Part shown: positions 37,511-46,805 of the stretch, in pieces
How positions within the stretch are numbered: the stretch's first letter is position 1
Layout of the letters: the number at the start of each line of letters is the position of its first letter
Program-made: the position numbers and the translations under genes
Source: a virus
Taxonomy: Duplodnaviria > Caudoviricetes
Reading direction: 5' to 3' (one strand)
IMG/VR virus record: IMGVR_UViG_3300020045_002573
Location: 1 to 55,979 of that record
Length of the DNA stretch: 55,979 nucleotides
The notes under the pieces: model-generated
The model's database searches: none
Told to the model about the DNA's origin: nothing
What the model saw: the letters and a program-made list of their open reading frames with translations, nothing else

Positions 37511-38440
37511 ATGGCAACCCCAATGCGTAGTTCTGATTTCCGGTCCATCGTTGAGCCGATCCTCAATCAAGCCTTCGACGGTGTATATGACCAGCGTGCC
37601 GATGAGTACAAGCAGATCTTCACGGAAAGCACGGGTATCGCTCGTGCCTACCATGAAGAGCCAATGCTCTACGGTATGTCGTCCGCCCCTGTTATGCCGG
37701 ACAGCAACCCCGTCACTTATGACGCCGGTGGTCAGCTGTTCGTGAAACGCTATCCGTACGAAGTCTACGGTCTTGCCTTCGCGCTGACCAAGGTTCTCGT
37801 GGAAGACGGCGATCATATCCGTATCGGCAGCACCTTCTCCAAGCACCTCGCTCAGTCCATGACCGAGACGCTGGAAACGCTGTGTGCGAACCACCTGAAT
37901 CGCGCTTTCACCAGCACCTACACAGGTGGCGACGGCTCGGCGCTGTGCGTCAACAATCACGCTACCGCTCTGTCGGTTGCGGCGGGTGACGCTTCGGCCT
38001 CCAACCTCCTGGCTACCTCGGCGGCTCTGTCGCAGACGTCGCTGGAACAGATGCTGATTCAGATTCGTCAGGCCGCTGATCCGCGTGGCAAGAAGATTCG
38101 CCTCACGCCGAAGAAGCTGGTCGTGGCTCCGGGTAACATGCTTCAGGCTGAAGTCCTGCTGAAGAGCGTGCTCCGCGCCGGTACAAACAACAACGACCTC
38201 AACCCTGTCAAGTCGATGGGTATGTTGAGCGATGTTGCCGTCCTGTCGCGTCTTACCTCGGCTACCTCCTGGTTCGTTAAAACCGACGCTGACAACGGTC
38301 TGCAAGTCAAGTGGCGTCGTAAGATCGAGAAGAGCATGGAAGGCGATTTCGAAACGGACAGCGTCCGCTACAAATCCACCATGCGTCTCGGCTCGGGCTG
38401 GACTGATTGGCGTACAATCTTCGGTACTTCCGGTACCTAA
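37511..38440 (+). CDS. Major capsid protein
   Basis: 309 aa; strong RBS AAGGAGG; strongly biased codons; P.KLVV.P, EGDFET...YK...R...GW.DWR.IFG; followed by a hairpin. Confidence 0.85.
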   Translation: MATPMRSSDFRSIVEPILNQAFDGVYDQRADEYKQIFTESTGIARAYHEEPMLYGMSSAPVMPDSNPVTYDAGGQLFVKRYPYEVYGLAFALTKVLVEDGDHIRIGSTFSKHLAQSMTETLETLCANHLNRAFTSTYTGGDGSALCVNNHATALSVAAGDASASNLLATSAALSQTSLEQMLIQIRQAADPRGKKIRLTPKKLVVAPGNMLQAEVLLKSVLRAGTNNNDLNPVKSMGMLSDVAVLSRLTSATSWFVKTDADNGLQVKWRRKIEKSMEGDFETDSVRYKSTMRLGSGWTDWRTIFGTSGT

Positions 38441-38449
38441 GTTGTAAAA

Positions 38450-38478
38450 CACCCACCCTGAATTCCTCGGGGTGGGTT
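38450..38478 (+). terminator. Hairpin after the capsid gene
   Basis: ACCCACCC...GGGTGGGT stem; U-tract weak. Confidence 0.5.
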
Positions 38479-38522
38479 ATAATTAAGCACTCCTAAGCTT
38501 TTCAAGAAGAAAGGAATTAAAT

Positions 38523-39269
38523 ATGTCTCATTTTTCTGATGATCTCTACATGGGCCCTGCTGTAGTCGGCGGCTCTAATGTTTCCAGTGGCCCGTCCCCC
38601 ATGACGGTCGGTGTAGGTCCTCTCGGTCGCCACTACTGCTTCGATGTGATTCCCGTCGCCTCTGGTACCACTACTGGGCAGAATCAAATCGCCACCTCGC
38701 AAAACCTTCCTGAAGGTAGCCTCACGCTTACCGCAGGTACGGGTACAACCGCTGGGCGTGATGCGCAAGGTAACGCCCTGGTAGTGCTGGATTGCGAACG
38801 CACGGTTGCCGTCTATTCCGCCGCCGACCATAGCGGTAGCACTCTCACGATCAGCGGTTACGACCGTTACGGTCAGGCGATGAGTCAAGCTATTGCGGGT
38901 CCGAATGCGGGCACGGTTCAGACCACGAAGACCTTCAAGTCCATCAAGTCCATCTCATCCTCGGGCGCTATTGCCTCGGCATGCGTAGTAGGTCTGGGTA
39001 CGGGTATCGGCCTTCCCTACCGCCTCACTGACCTTGGCTACATTCAGTCGGTCATGTACAACCAGACAGCTATCACGATCAGCTCGACGGCTTGCAAGGT
39101 AGCCGATACTACGAGCCCTGCGACCACTTCCACTACCGACGTTCGCGGTTATATTGTCGTCGGGGCTACGGACGGTGCAAAGCGGTTGGTGGTAAATTAC
39201 TCGCTCCCAGCGCTGGCTGTCGGTCCGAACGCTACGCGCATCGGCGCAGTCGGTGTGACTCAAGCCTAG
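38523..39269 (+). CDS. Virion structural protein
   Basis: M.HFSDDL..G N-terminus, SGYD.YGQ.M, DVRG motifs; Thr/Gly/Ala-rich. Confidence 0.7.
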   Translation: MSHFSDDLYMGPAVVGGSNVSSGPSPMTVGVGPLGRHYCFDVIPVASGTTTGQNQIATSQNLPEGSLTLTAGTGTTAGRDAQGNALVVLDCERTVAVYSAADHSGSTLTISGYDRYGQAMSQAIAGPNAGTVQTTKTFKSIKSISSSGAIASACVVGLGTGIGLPYRLTDLGYIQSVMYNQTAITISSTACKVADTTSPATTSTTDVRGYIVVGATDGAKRLVVNYSLPALAVGPNATRIGAVGVTQA

Positions 39270-39318
39270 TATTTGAACAAGTGGGTGGGGAAACTCGCCC
39301 ATTTCGGAGATTGATCTC

Positions 39319-39591
39319 ATGAGTGGAATCGCACCAAAGCTAAGCTACTTCAATCAAGGTACTACCGCTGGAGTACAGATCAAGACCGGACCTGCAGGCT
39401 TGTACGGAATCGTTTCTACTGCTACCGGTGGCTCTTGCATCATTTACGACGGCACCAGCACCTCCGGAACCATCTTGTATTCCAAGACTCTCACGGTTGG
39501 TGATGTGGTTCACTTTGGTGGGTTGGGTATCGCGGCGAAGGCAGGGTTGTTCATCGCAGTTACAGGTACTGTGAATGTAATTTACACCTAA
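39319..39591 (+). CDS. Small structural protein
   Basis: 90 aa; beta-rich; GGAG RBS. Confidence 0.65.
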   Translation: MSGIAPKLSYFNQGTTAGVQIKTGPAGLYGIVSTATGGSCIIYDGTSTSGTILYSKTLTVGDVVHFGGLGIAAKAGLFIAVTGTVNVIYT

Positions 39592-39600
39592 GGTGTCAGA

Positions 39601-40584
39601 ATGAATACTAGCGGTACCGTAGCTACGACTGTCATAGACACCGCTTCAATAATCGAGCATGCTTTTCGTCGGTGCCGAGTGTTGCCGTCCGCCCAGACTC
39701 CAGAGACGGTACTGATAGCTCAAGAGTGTCTCTACATGCTCATGTTGAACTTGGGCAATCGTGGATTGAATCTCTGGGCGGTTGATAAGGTATTTGTAGG
39801 GCTCAAGGCCGGACAGGCTACCTACGAAACTCCAGCAGGCACCCTTGACGTACTCAATGTCATCTTTACCAAACCGCACCTCGAAACGGTGGTTTTTACC
39901 GCTCAATCGGATGGCGGCGAGGTATCGCTTACCTCAGCTAATATTCAGCGTGTGGGGTTTAGCGTTTCGGCCACTTTTACGGGTGCGCTGACCGTAAAAA
40001 CCTCTAGCGACGGCGCAACCTTCACTGACGCGGTGACTCTCAACTCGGCTACCTATTTGGCCGGTCAGTACTACTGGGCCGACCTGCCGGTTGTTGAGCC
40101 TATAGTCGGTATTCAAGTTGTATCTGATTCAGCGTCATACCCCGCCGTTACGGATATCAAGTGCGTTTCAGGTGTGTACGATCTTCCGTGTTCTCAGTGG
40201 AATCGCGACACGTACGCAGCGTTGAATAACAAGACTCAGCCTGGATCCCCGTCTACAAGCTACTTCTTTGAGAAGAAGCTCACACCCACGGTGACGCTCT
40301 GGCCGGTGCCTACCAACTCCGACGACCATATCACGCTGTATCGCCACCGCCAGTCTCAGGATGTAGGCGCGTTGAATCAGCAACTCGAGATCCCGCAGCG
40401 ATGGCTGGATGGAATCATCTGGCTGTTGGCGGCAAGACTGTGTTTTGAGCTACCTAAGGTGGATCCGGCGGTGATTCAGATGGTACTGCCGATGGCCGAC
40501 AAACAGGTGTTTGAAGCTGAAGGTTCCGAGACTGACGGAGCGCCGATCTACATAGCTCCACGTATTGGTGTCTACTCGAGATGA
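39601..40584 (+). CDS. Head-tail adaptor / tail tubular-like protein
   Basis: TSGT...IIEHAFRRC...NRGLNLW and LWPVP...IPQRW motifs. Confidence 0.65.
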   Translation: MNTSGTVATTVIDTASIIEHAFRRCRVLPSAQTPETVLIAQECLYMLMLNLGNRGLNLWAVDKVFVGLKAGQATYETPAGTLDVLNVIFTKPHLETVVFTAQSDGGEVSLTSANIQRVGFSVSATFTGALTVKTSSDGATFTDAVTLNSATYLAGQYYWADLPVVEPIVGIQVVSDSASYPAVTDIKCVSGVYDLPCSQWNRDTYAALNNKTQPGSPSTSYFFEKKLTPTVTLWPVPTNSDDHITLYRHRQSQDVGALNQQLEIPQRWLDGIIWLLAARLCFELPKVDPAVIQMVLPMADKQVFEAEGSETDGAPIYIAPRIGVYSR

Positions 40585-40808
40585 GCTTATTCCTTCCCGT
40601 CGCTAGACACGGCTCAGTGGCGACAGCCGTTTGTCCTAGGTGTCAGAAGAAGATGAACTATTCTGACCTGAAGATGGACCCGAATAATTCGCAGATGTAC
40701 TGCGGTGAGTGCGTGGATATTCTTGATCCTTGGCGAGTTGCAGCGCGTAGCCCGGAAGACATAAGTCTCCAACACCCGCGACCAGACGTGATATTGGGAG
40801 AAAACTGA
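40581..40808 (+). CDS. Small Zn-binding structural-module protein
   Basis: CPRC...C.EC.D..DP...PRPD. Confidence 0.7.
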   Translation: MSLFLPVARHGSVATAVCPRCQKKMNYSDLKMDPNNSQMYCGECVDILDPWRVAARSPEDISLQHPRPDVILGEN

Positions 40809-41437
40809 TGGCCGAGGCACTAACCTACTCTAGCCTGTTGAGCGATGTTACAATCTACGCCGAGCGTAGAGATGAACCCTTCACCACGCAGATTCCACGT
40901 TTCATTATGTTGGCGGAAAATCGTCTGGCGTCCGAGGTGCGAGGACTTGGTGTTCAGAAGTACGTCACGGGCAAGATGAACACCCATACTCTGCCTAAAC
41001 CTGAAGGGTGGCGCGAGACGATCAGCATGAATATCTCTACCGCCTCCGGAAGGGTGTTTCTACAGCAACGAACCTATGACTACGCTAGGACATTCAGCCC
41101 TGATTCAACTGTGAGGGGGTTACCTAGATATTACGCCGATTACGGGTACGAACATTATTTAATTGTACCTACCCCGCTCGCCAACTACGATTTCGAGTTA
41201 TCATATTACGAACGACCTGAACCACTGAGCCTGAATAATCAGACAAATTGGTTCACTCAGTATGCTCCGCAGCTGTTGCTTTACGCCACGCTGTTGGAAG
41301 CTCAACCGTTCTTGAAGAGGCCTGAATTGTTACAACAGTGGCAAGCCTTGTATGACCGAGCCGTCCAAGGTATCTCGAATGAGTCTGCGCGTAGAGTGAG
41401 CTCAGACCGAGCTTCAACATCCCGCACCGGAGAGTAA
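40808..41437 (+). CDS. Phage adaptor / tail tubular protein A-like
   Basis: TY..L...IP.FI.LAE.R, G.P.YY, P.P...Y, TNW....P.LLLYA.L.EA.PFLK. Confidence 0.7.
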   Translation: MAEALTYSSLLSDVTIYAERRDEPFTTQIPRFIMLAENRLASEVRGLGVQKYVTGKMNTHTLPKPEGWRETISMNISTASGRVFLQQRTYDYARTFSPDSTVRGLPRYYADYGYEHYLIVPTPLANYDFELSYYERPEPLSLNNQTNWFTQYAPQLLLYATLLEAQPFLKRPELLQQWQALYDRAVQGISNESARRVSSDRASTSRTGE

Positions 41438-41440
41438 CAG

Positions 41441-43861
41441 ATGACAACTTATTCCAGCGTCTTCGGCGATAACACAATACCGTCGGCGGACAACAGCTTC
41501 GCTGAGGTGGCGCTGTCGGCTGACACCGAGTTCTACTGGCCGGAGCTAGCCACCGGGGATAACCTGGTAGCCGACACGATGGAAGTGACGGCCTCCGCAG
41601 CATACAGCATGAAGTTTCCAGAAGCCTCCTCGGTATCCGTTGGGCGAGCAATAGTCGTACGTAACGCCGGAGCCTACTCAGTAACGGTCACCGACAACGC
41701 AAGTGGTGTGTTGGCCGTGGTGTTAGCTGGCTCTTCTAAGCTGTTTCAAATCACTGACAACTCCACGACTGCGGGTTCATGGGCGGTATTGACACTGGGC
41801 GCAGGCACTTCCGAGGCGGACGCGTACCAGCTGGCAGGAAACGGATTTACCGTAGATGGAACCCGCCTAGTTGTCAATTACCCGGTACAAAATATAGTAA
41901 CCGACTTGACGCTGAACACAACTCATCGTGGCAAGTGCCTGGAGTTTACAGCGGCTAATAAGACACTGACGTTGATGATCGCGTCCGTGGCCGGCTCAGG
42001 CTTTGGATTTACCGTCAAGAACAGCACGGGCGGTAGCGTCACGCTCGACGCAGCTGGATCGGACACACTAGACTCTTACACCACGTTCAACCTGAGCCCT
42101 CTGGAGTCGGTTGATATTGTCAGCTCTGGGTCAAAGTGGGTCATCCTGACTCGTGGTGTCAGCACTATCTTTCAATTCACCAAGCTGGTGAAAGACATCA
42201 GCTCGGCGACGTCGTTTACGCTAACCTCCGCCGAAGCCTCAAATAAGCTGCTTCAATTCATCGGAACCCCTACCGCCGACACTACGGTGATAGTACCCTC
42301 CGTTGTGGCTGTATACTACGTGCAAAACACCTTCACCAATGTCGGCTACAGCTTGACCTTGAAAACGGCAGCAGGTACCGGGGTTGAGCTGGAATACTTC
42401 GACCGCGTGGTCATCTACTGCGACGGTGTGAATGTAGTCCTAGCCCAGAGTACTGATGCCGCCTCCGCAGCAGCGAGCGCAACTGAGGCCTACAACAGTC
42501 AAGTCGCTGCCGGGGTATCCGAAGACAACTCAGCGCTCAGTGCGGCCGACGCGCTTGATTACAAGACCGACGCCGAGGCCTCGGCGCTCAATTCGCAAGA
42601 GTGGGCTACCAAGACTACCGGGCAAGTAGAGGCTACCGACTACTCTTCCAAGGCCTACGCGATAGGCGGTACAGGTATCACCTCCGCTATCGGCGCGGCA
42701 AAGGAATGGGCTATCACGGTCGGTGCGGCGGTAATCTCGGGAGCCTACTCGGCTAAAGAGTGGGCGGTAGGCACCTTCACCAGAGGATCCGCTGGGGGTG
42801 GCTCAGCGAAGGACTGGGCCACTTACCTAGCTGGTACGGTGGATGATTCCGGGTATTCGGCGAAATACAACGCAAATTTGTCGGGCACAAGCGCATCTAA
42901 CGCGGCGGACAGCGCCACGAACGCACACAACTCAGAGGTTGCTGCAGGGTTGTCAGCCAGCGCTGCTCATGACTCCGAGGTGGCCGCTGCTGCCTCTGCT
43001 GCGTCTATCGCCGGAGGTCCTGTCTATAGTGTGAATGGGCGAACTGGTGCGGTGACCGGTGTTCAAGACACCCTCGTCTCCGGCACCAACATCAAGACGA
43101 TCAACGGGCAAGCGTTGCCTGGTTCTGGTGATCTCTTAATAGCAGGTGGTCTAGCTCCCACAGCCATCAAAACCGCCGACTACACTGCAGTCGTCAATGA
43201 CCTCGTTCGCGTCGATTCCACCAGTGCAGCCTTCACCGTCACGCTTCCTAGCTCCCCCGCTGATGGTGACAAAGTGGGCCTGTTCGACACTGCCAACCAG
43301 TGTGGTACGCACGCCGTATTGATTGCTGCGGCAGGGGGCAAGACGGTAGAAGGTGATGCTACGGGGTTGTCGGTAAACATCAACGGCTCGTATGTCGCGC
43401 TGCTCTACAACTCCGCTACGACGAACTGGAAGCTGCAACAGACGCCGATGACGGGGGTGTATCAGCCACTTTCTTCCGCGCTGACAACTTGGGCAGGAAA
43501 GACCGCACCAAGTGGCGATGTGCTTGGTACCACGGATGCTCAAACCCTCACCAACAAAACCCTAACCGGCTACACCGAAACCGTCTATGACCTCTCAGGC
43601 ACGAGCATTGATCCAGCCAACGGGACAGTGCAGACCAAGACGCTATCAGCCAACACTACATTCACCGAGGCAATTGGTGATGGGCAGTCCGTGCTGCTTG
43701 GTATCACCGCATCCAGCTATACCGTTACGTGGCCTTCAATGACCTGGAGCAAGGTCGGTGGCAGCGGTACCGCTCCGACGCTGACTAGCTCAGGTGTCAA
43801 TTGGGTTGTGCTGTGGCAGGTAGGCGGCACGCTGCGTGGTGCTTTCTTGGGGACTGCATGA
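41441..43861 (+). CDS. Tail fiber protein
   Basis: 806 aa; Ala-rich shaft with repeated SAK.WA units; VYSVNGRTG, TNIKTING; C-terminal YTETV...IDPANGTVQT domain. Confidence 0.8.
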   Translation: MTTYSSVFGDNTIPSADNSFAEVALSADTEFYWPELATGDNLVADTMEVTASAAYSMKFPEASSVSVGRAIVVRNAGAYSVTVTDNASGVLAVVLAGSSKLFQITDNSTTAGSWAVLTLGAGTSEADAYQLAGNGFTVDGTRLVVNYPVQNIVTDLTLNTTHRGKCLEFTAANKTLTLMIASVAGSGFGFTVKNSTGGSVTLDAAGSDTLDSYTTFNLSPLESVDIVSSGSKWVILTRGVSTIFQFTKLVKDISSATSFTLTSAEASNKLLQFIGTPTADTTVIVPSVVAVYYVQNTFTNVGYSLTLKTAAGTGVELEYFDRVVIYCDGVNVVLAQSTDAASAAASATEAYNSQVAAGVSEDNSALSAADALDYKTDAEASALNSQEWATKTTGQVEATDYSSKAYAIGGTGITSAIGAAKEWAITVGAAVISGAYSAKEWAVGTFTRGSAGGGSAKDWATYLAGTVDDSGYSAKYNANLSGTSASNAADSATNAHNSEVAAGLSASAAHDSEVAAAASAASIAGGPVYSVNGRTGAVTGVQDTLVSGTNIKTINGQALPGSGDLLIAGGLAPTAIKTADYTAVVNDLVRVDSTSAAFTVTLPSSPADGDKVGLFDTANQCGTHAVLIAAAGGKTVEGDATGLSVNINGSYVALLYNSATTNWKLQQTPMTGVYQPLSSALTTWAGKTAPSGDVLGTTDAQTLTNKTLTGYTETVYDLSGTSIDPANGTVQTKTLSANTTFTEAIGDGQSVLLGITASSYTVTWPSMTWSKVGGSGTAPTLTSSGVNWVVLWQVGGTLRGAFLGTA

Positions 43862-45738
43862 TGCTGGCTGCTAAATTACTGTCGGGCATTGGCGGCGAGG
43901 ATAAGTTGTACGTGGATGACGTCTTTTCAGCCTTTGTTTATGAAGGATCGGCTTCCGCGCTAGAGTTGAACACAGGGTTTAAGCCCGATTTTGGATGGAT
44001 AAAGGATAGGGGTAATACGGCTCCGCATCGACTGTTTGACTCTGTTCGCGGCAGTAATTACGCACTGTATAGCAATGACACCGCAGCACAAGAAATGGTT
44101 AGTGATAGGGCACCTACGTTTAATACAGCGTCAGTTTCTATCCCGTCAAACAATTATACGAATGGTGCTGGGAAGCGGCTTGTAGGTTGGTTCGCTAAGA
44201 AAGCCCCCAAATTCTTCGATGTGGTGACTTATACGGGGGACGACGGCGTGCAGAGCGTCGCCCACAATCTTGGCGTTGTTCCAGGCATGGTGGCGATCAA
44301 AGCCCTTGGCGTAACAGGTAACTGGTTTGTTTGGCACAACGGCATTACCAACACCGAATTACTGAAACTTAATCTGACCGATGCAAAATCCACATCGGCG
44401 GGGATGTGGAATTCAACCACTCCTACAGCGACACACTTTACAGTAGGTGCCTCGGCAGGGAATTCGTCTACAACAACATACGTCGCCTACCTCTTCGCCC
44501 ACGACACTTCAGCAGATGGAATTATTCAGTGTGGCTCATTCACCGCGGATGGCAGCGGCAATGCGACGGTGGATCTGGGGTGGGAGCCCCAGTACGTTCT
44601 GTTTAAGAATATCAGCGTTTCTGAAAGTTGGTTTGCTGTCGATTCGATGCGCGGTTATTCAAATGGTGGAAACGATCCAATCCTCTTGCCAGACCTCAGC
44701 AACGCTGAAATAACAATAACAAACTACGGATACCCTACAGCGACAGGATTCGTTACCGCATCAATGACCGGAACCAGAACCTACATCTACCTCGCCATCC
44801 GCCGCCCCAACAAGCCGCCGACGAGTGGGACGCAGGTTTATAACGCGATTGCACGGACTGGTACGGGTGCTGCTGCTACGGTGAATGGGGTTGGGTTTGC
44901 GCCGGATTTGTTAATCAGCTCTGCACGTAATGCTGTTGCGTACAAAGGCTGGCAAGATAGGTTGCGTGGTGGAAACAGACCGCTTCACAGCGATGCAACA
45001 GAGGCCGAGCAGTCATTAACGCAGAATGTATTGGAGTTCAATAACGACGGCGTGAAACTTGGGACAAATTCCGATGGAGCGTTTACGAATAACAGTGGGG
45101 ATACCTACATCAACCACTTCTTCAAACGCGCTCCGGGGTTCTTTGATGTTGTTTGCGCAACCGCTTCAGCCTATGCCGTAACTGTTTCGCATTCACTAGG
45201 AGTCATTCCAGAGTTAATAATAGGAAAAGACAGGACTGCGGCAGGTCCTTGGATAGTGTGGAACAAGGATGTAGTCGCTACAGACTCCACCTATACGTTG
45301 AAGCTAAACACTACAGGGGCACAAGCCAATAACGGATACCCAATAAATTCTGTTACGGCATCAGCGTTTTATTCGGGTATTGCGTCGCTGAGCTCGTCAA
45401 ATTTGGTGTTTTACCTTTTCGCATCCCTGCCCGGAGTCTCGAAAATAACGAGTTTCGTCGGCAACGGCACAACGCAAAACATCGAATGTGGATTCACAAC
45501 CGGCGCTCGCTTCGTGCTAGTCAAGGCAACAAGCACTACGGGGAATTGGAACGTGGGAGATTCTACACGCGGAATCGTGGCTTCAACGGACCCGTTGCTT
45601 TACTTGAATTCAACCGCCGCTGAAGTGACTGCTGACGATTGGCTCGACCCCTACGCCGGGGGTTTTACAGTCAATGAAACCTCGAATGCCCATGCCAATA
45701 CCAATGGCGTCACGTATTTAGTGCTTGCAATAGCGTAA
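43858..45738 (+). CDS. Repeat-domain receptor-binding / tail fiber tip protein
   Basis: About six repeats of (F)DVV.YTG...H.LG..P....IK...W...(D)...L..N...Y.AY.F; ATGA-coupled to the tail fiber. Confidence 0.7.
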   Translation: MMLAAKLLSGIGGEDKLYVDDVFSAFVYEGSASALELNTGFKPDFGWIKDRGNTAPHRLFDSVRGSNYALYSNDTAAQEMVSDRAPTFNTASVSIPSNNYTNGAGKRLVGWFAKKAPKFFDVVTYTGDDGVQSVAHNLGVVPGMVAIKALGVTGNWFVWHNGITNTELLKLNLTDAKSTSAGMWNSTTPTATHFTVGASAGNSSTTTYVAYLFAHDTSADGIIQCGSFTADGSGNATVDLGWEPQYVLFKNISVSESWFAVDSMRGYSNGGNDPILLPDLSNAEITITNYGYPTATGFVTASMTGTRTYIYLAIRRPNKPPTSGTQVYNAIARTGTGAAATVNGVGFAPDLLISSARNAVAYKGWQDRLRGGNRPLHSDATEAEQSLTQNVLEFNNDGVKLGTNSDGAFTNNSGDTYINHFFKRAPGFFDVVCATASAYAVTVSHSLGVIPELIIGKDRTAAGPWIVWNKDVVATDSTYTLKLNTTGAQANNGYPINSVTASAFYSGIASLSSSNLVFYLFASLPGVSKITSFVGNGTTQNIECGFTTGARFVLVKATSTTGNWNVGDSTRGIVASTDPLLYLNSTAAEVTADDWLDPYAGGFTVNETSNAHANTNGVTYLVLAIA

Positions 45739-45747
45739 GGAATAACC

Positions 45748-46293
45748 ATGCCCTACCTAAACACAGAAACAAACAGCTTCAACATCTCCGAACAAGAGAT
45801 CAAGCTGGCTTATCCAAATACGAGCTTCACAGATCCGTTTGTTCCTTTCGATCCGTTCGTCTTCTACTTCACTGCTCCTCAACCTGAGCACGATCAAGTC
45901 ATTCAGTCTTGCCGGGAGATTGCCCCTGTCCTGACCAGTAAGGGACATTATGAGCAGGAGTGGGAGATTGTCCCCGCGTTCTCTGAATACACGGATGGGG
46001 ATGGTGTTCTACACACAGTTGCGGAGCAGGAAGCTAAGGCGATTGAAGCAGAACGCAAAGCACGGGTGCCGCAGTCGGTTACACCAAGGCAATTCAGGCA
46101 AGCCCTGACGCGACTTGGATTCCGCCAGATAGTCGAATCGGCAGTATCCGCTTCCGATCAGGACACGAAAGACTGGTACGAGTTCGCCACGGAGTTCGTC
46201 CGTACCAACGAGCATATCGTCGCTATGGCCTCCGCGCTTGGTATCACCGAAGAACAAGTGGATGCCGTATTCATTGAGGGGTTCAAGCTATGA
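45748..46293 (+). CDS. Tail fiber assembly / accessory protein
   Basis: YPNTSF...P; C-terminal VPQSVTPRQFR.AL...W.EFAT...D..F. Confidence 0.65.
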   Translation: MPYLNTETNSFNISEQEIKLAYPNTSFTDPFVPFDPFVFYFTAPQPEHDQVIQSCREIAPVLTSKGHYEQEWEIVPAFSEYTDGDGVLHTVAEQEAKAIEAERKARVPQSVTPRQFRQALTRLGFRQIVESAVSASDQDTKDWYEFATEFVRTNEHIVAMASALGITEEQVDAVFIEGFKL

Positions 46294-46805
46294 CCATCAA
46301 CTTATCAGACGCCCTGCAAGGGGCTGCTGCACCGATTCCTGGTACGGGGATTAGCTTTGCTCCTACCGGGAACATCGCTGCTACGAATGTGCAGAACGCT
46401 ATCGCTGAACTAGATACTGAGAAGGGTGATGTGACGCTGGCTGGTGCGCAGACGCTAAGTAACAAGACCTTCACCAACTACACAGAAACCCACTACACTC
46501 CCTCCGCTGGCTCAAGCTTCACCGTCGATCTATCGACAGGCACAGTCCAAGGCTACACGACAAACGCCAACACGACTGTAACGCTGCCCACGCCTGCTGC
46601 TGGTAAGTCCTTTCAAGTCCAGATTGCTTACGGTGGCGCACACACGCTCACATGGGCAGTGACCGGAGGCTCGGCTATCGGCTGGCCTGCAACTGCTCCT
46701 GCTGCTTCAGCGGCATCGGGCAAGACTGACGTGTTCAATTTCAGTTGCAACGCTGCCGGGACCAAGTGGTTAGGAAACGCGTTCGTTCTCGGAGCGACTA
46801 CCTGA
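46290..46805 (+). CDS. Short tail fiber / carrier protein
   Basis: IAATNVQ.AI.EL, QTLSNKT..NYTET, TVDLS.G.VQ; paralogous to the C-terminus of 41441..43861. Confidence 0.65.
   Translation: MTINLSDALQGAAAPIPGTGISFAPTGNIAATNVQNAIAELDTEKGDVTLAGAQTLSNKTFTNYTETHYTPSAGSSFTVDLSTGTVQGYTTNANTTVTLPTPAAGKSFQVQIAYGGAHTLTWAVTGGSAIGWPATAPAASAASGKTDVFNFSCNAAGTKWLGNAFVLGATT

Noticed and set aside
37490-38452. Long antisense ORFs, e.g. opposite the capsid gene, and + strand ORFs across 1-19.8 kb
   Set aside because: These are shadow frames of strongly codon-biased genes, with no RBS or recognisable motifs.
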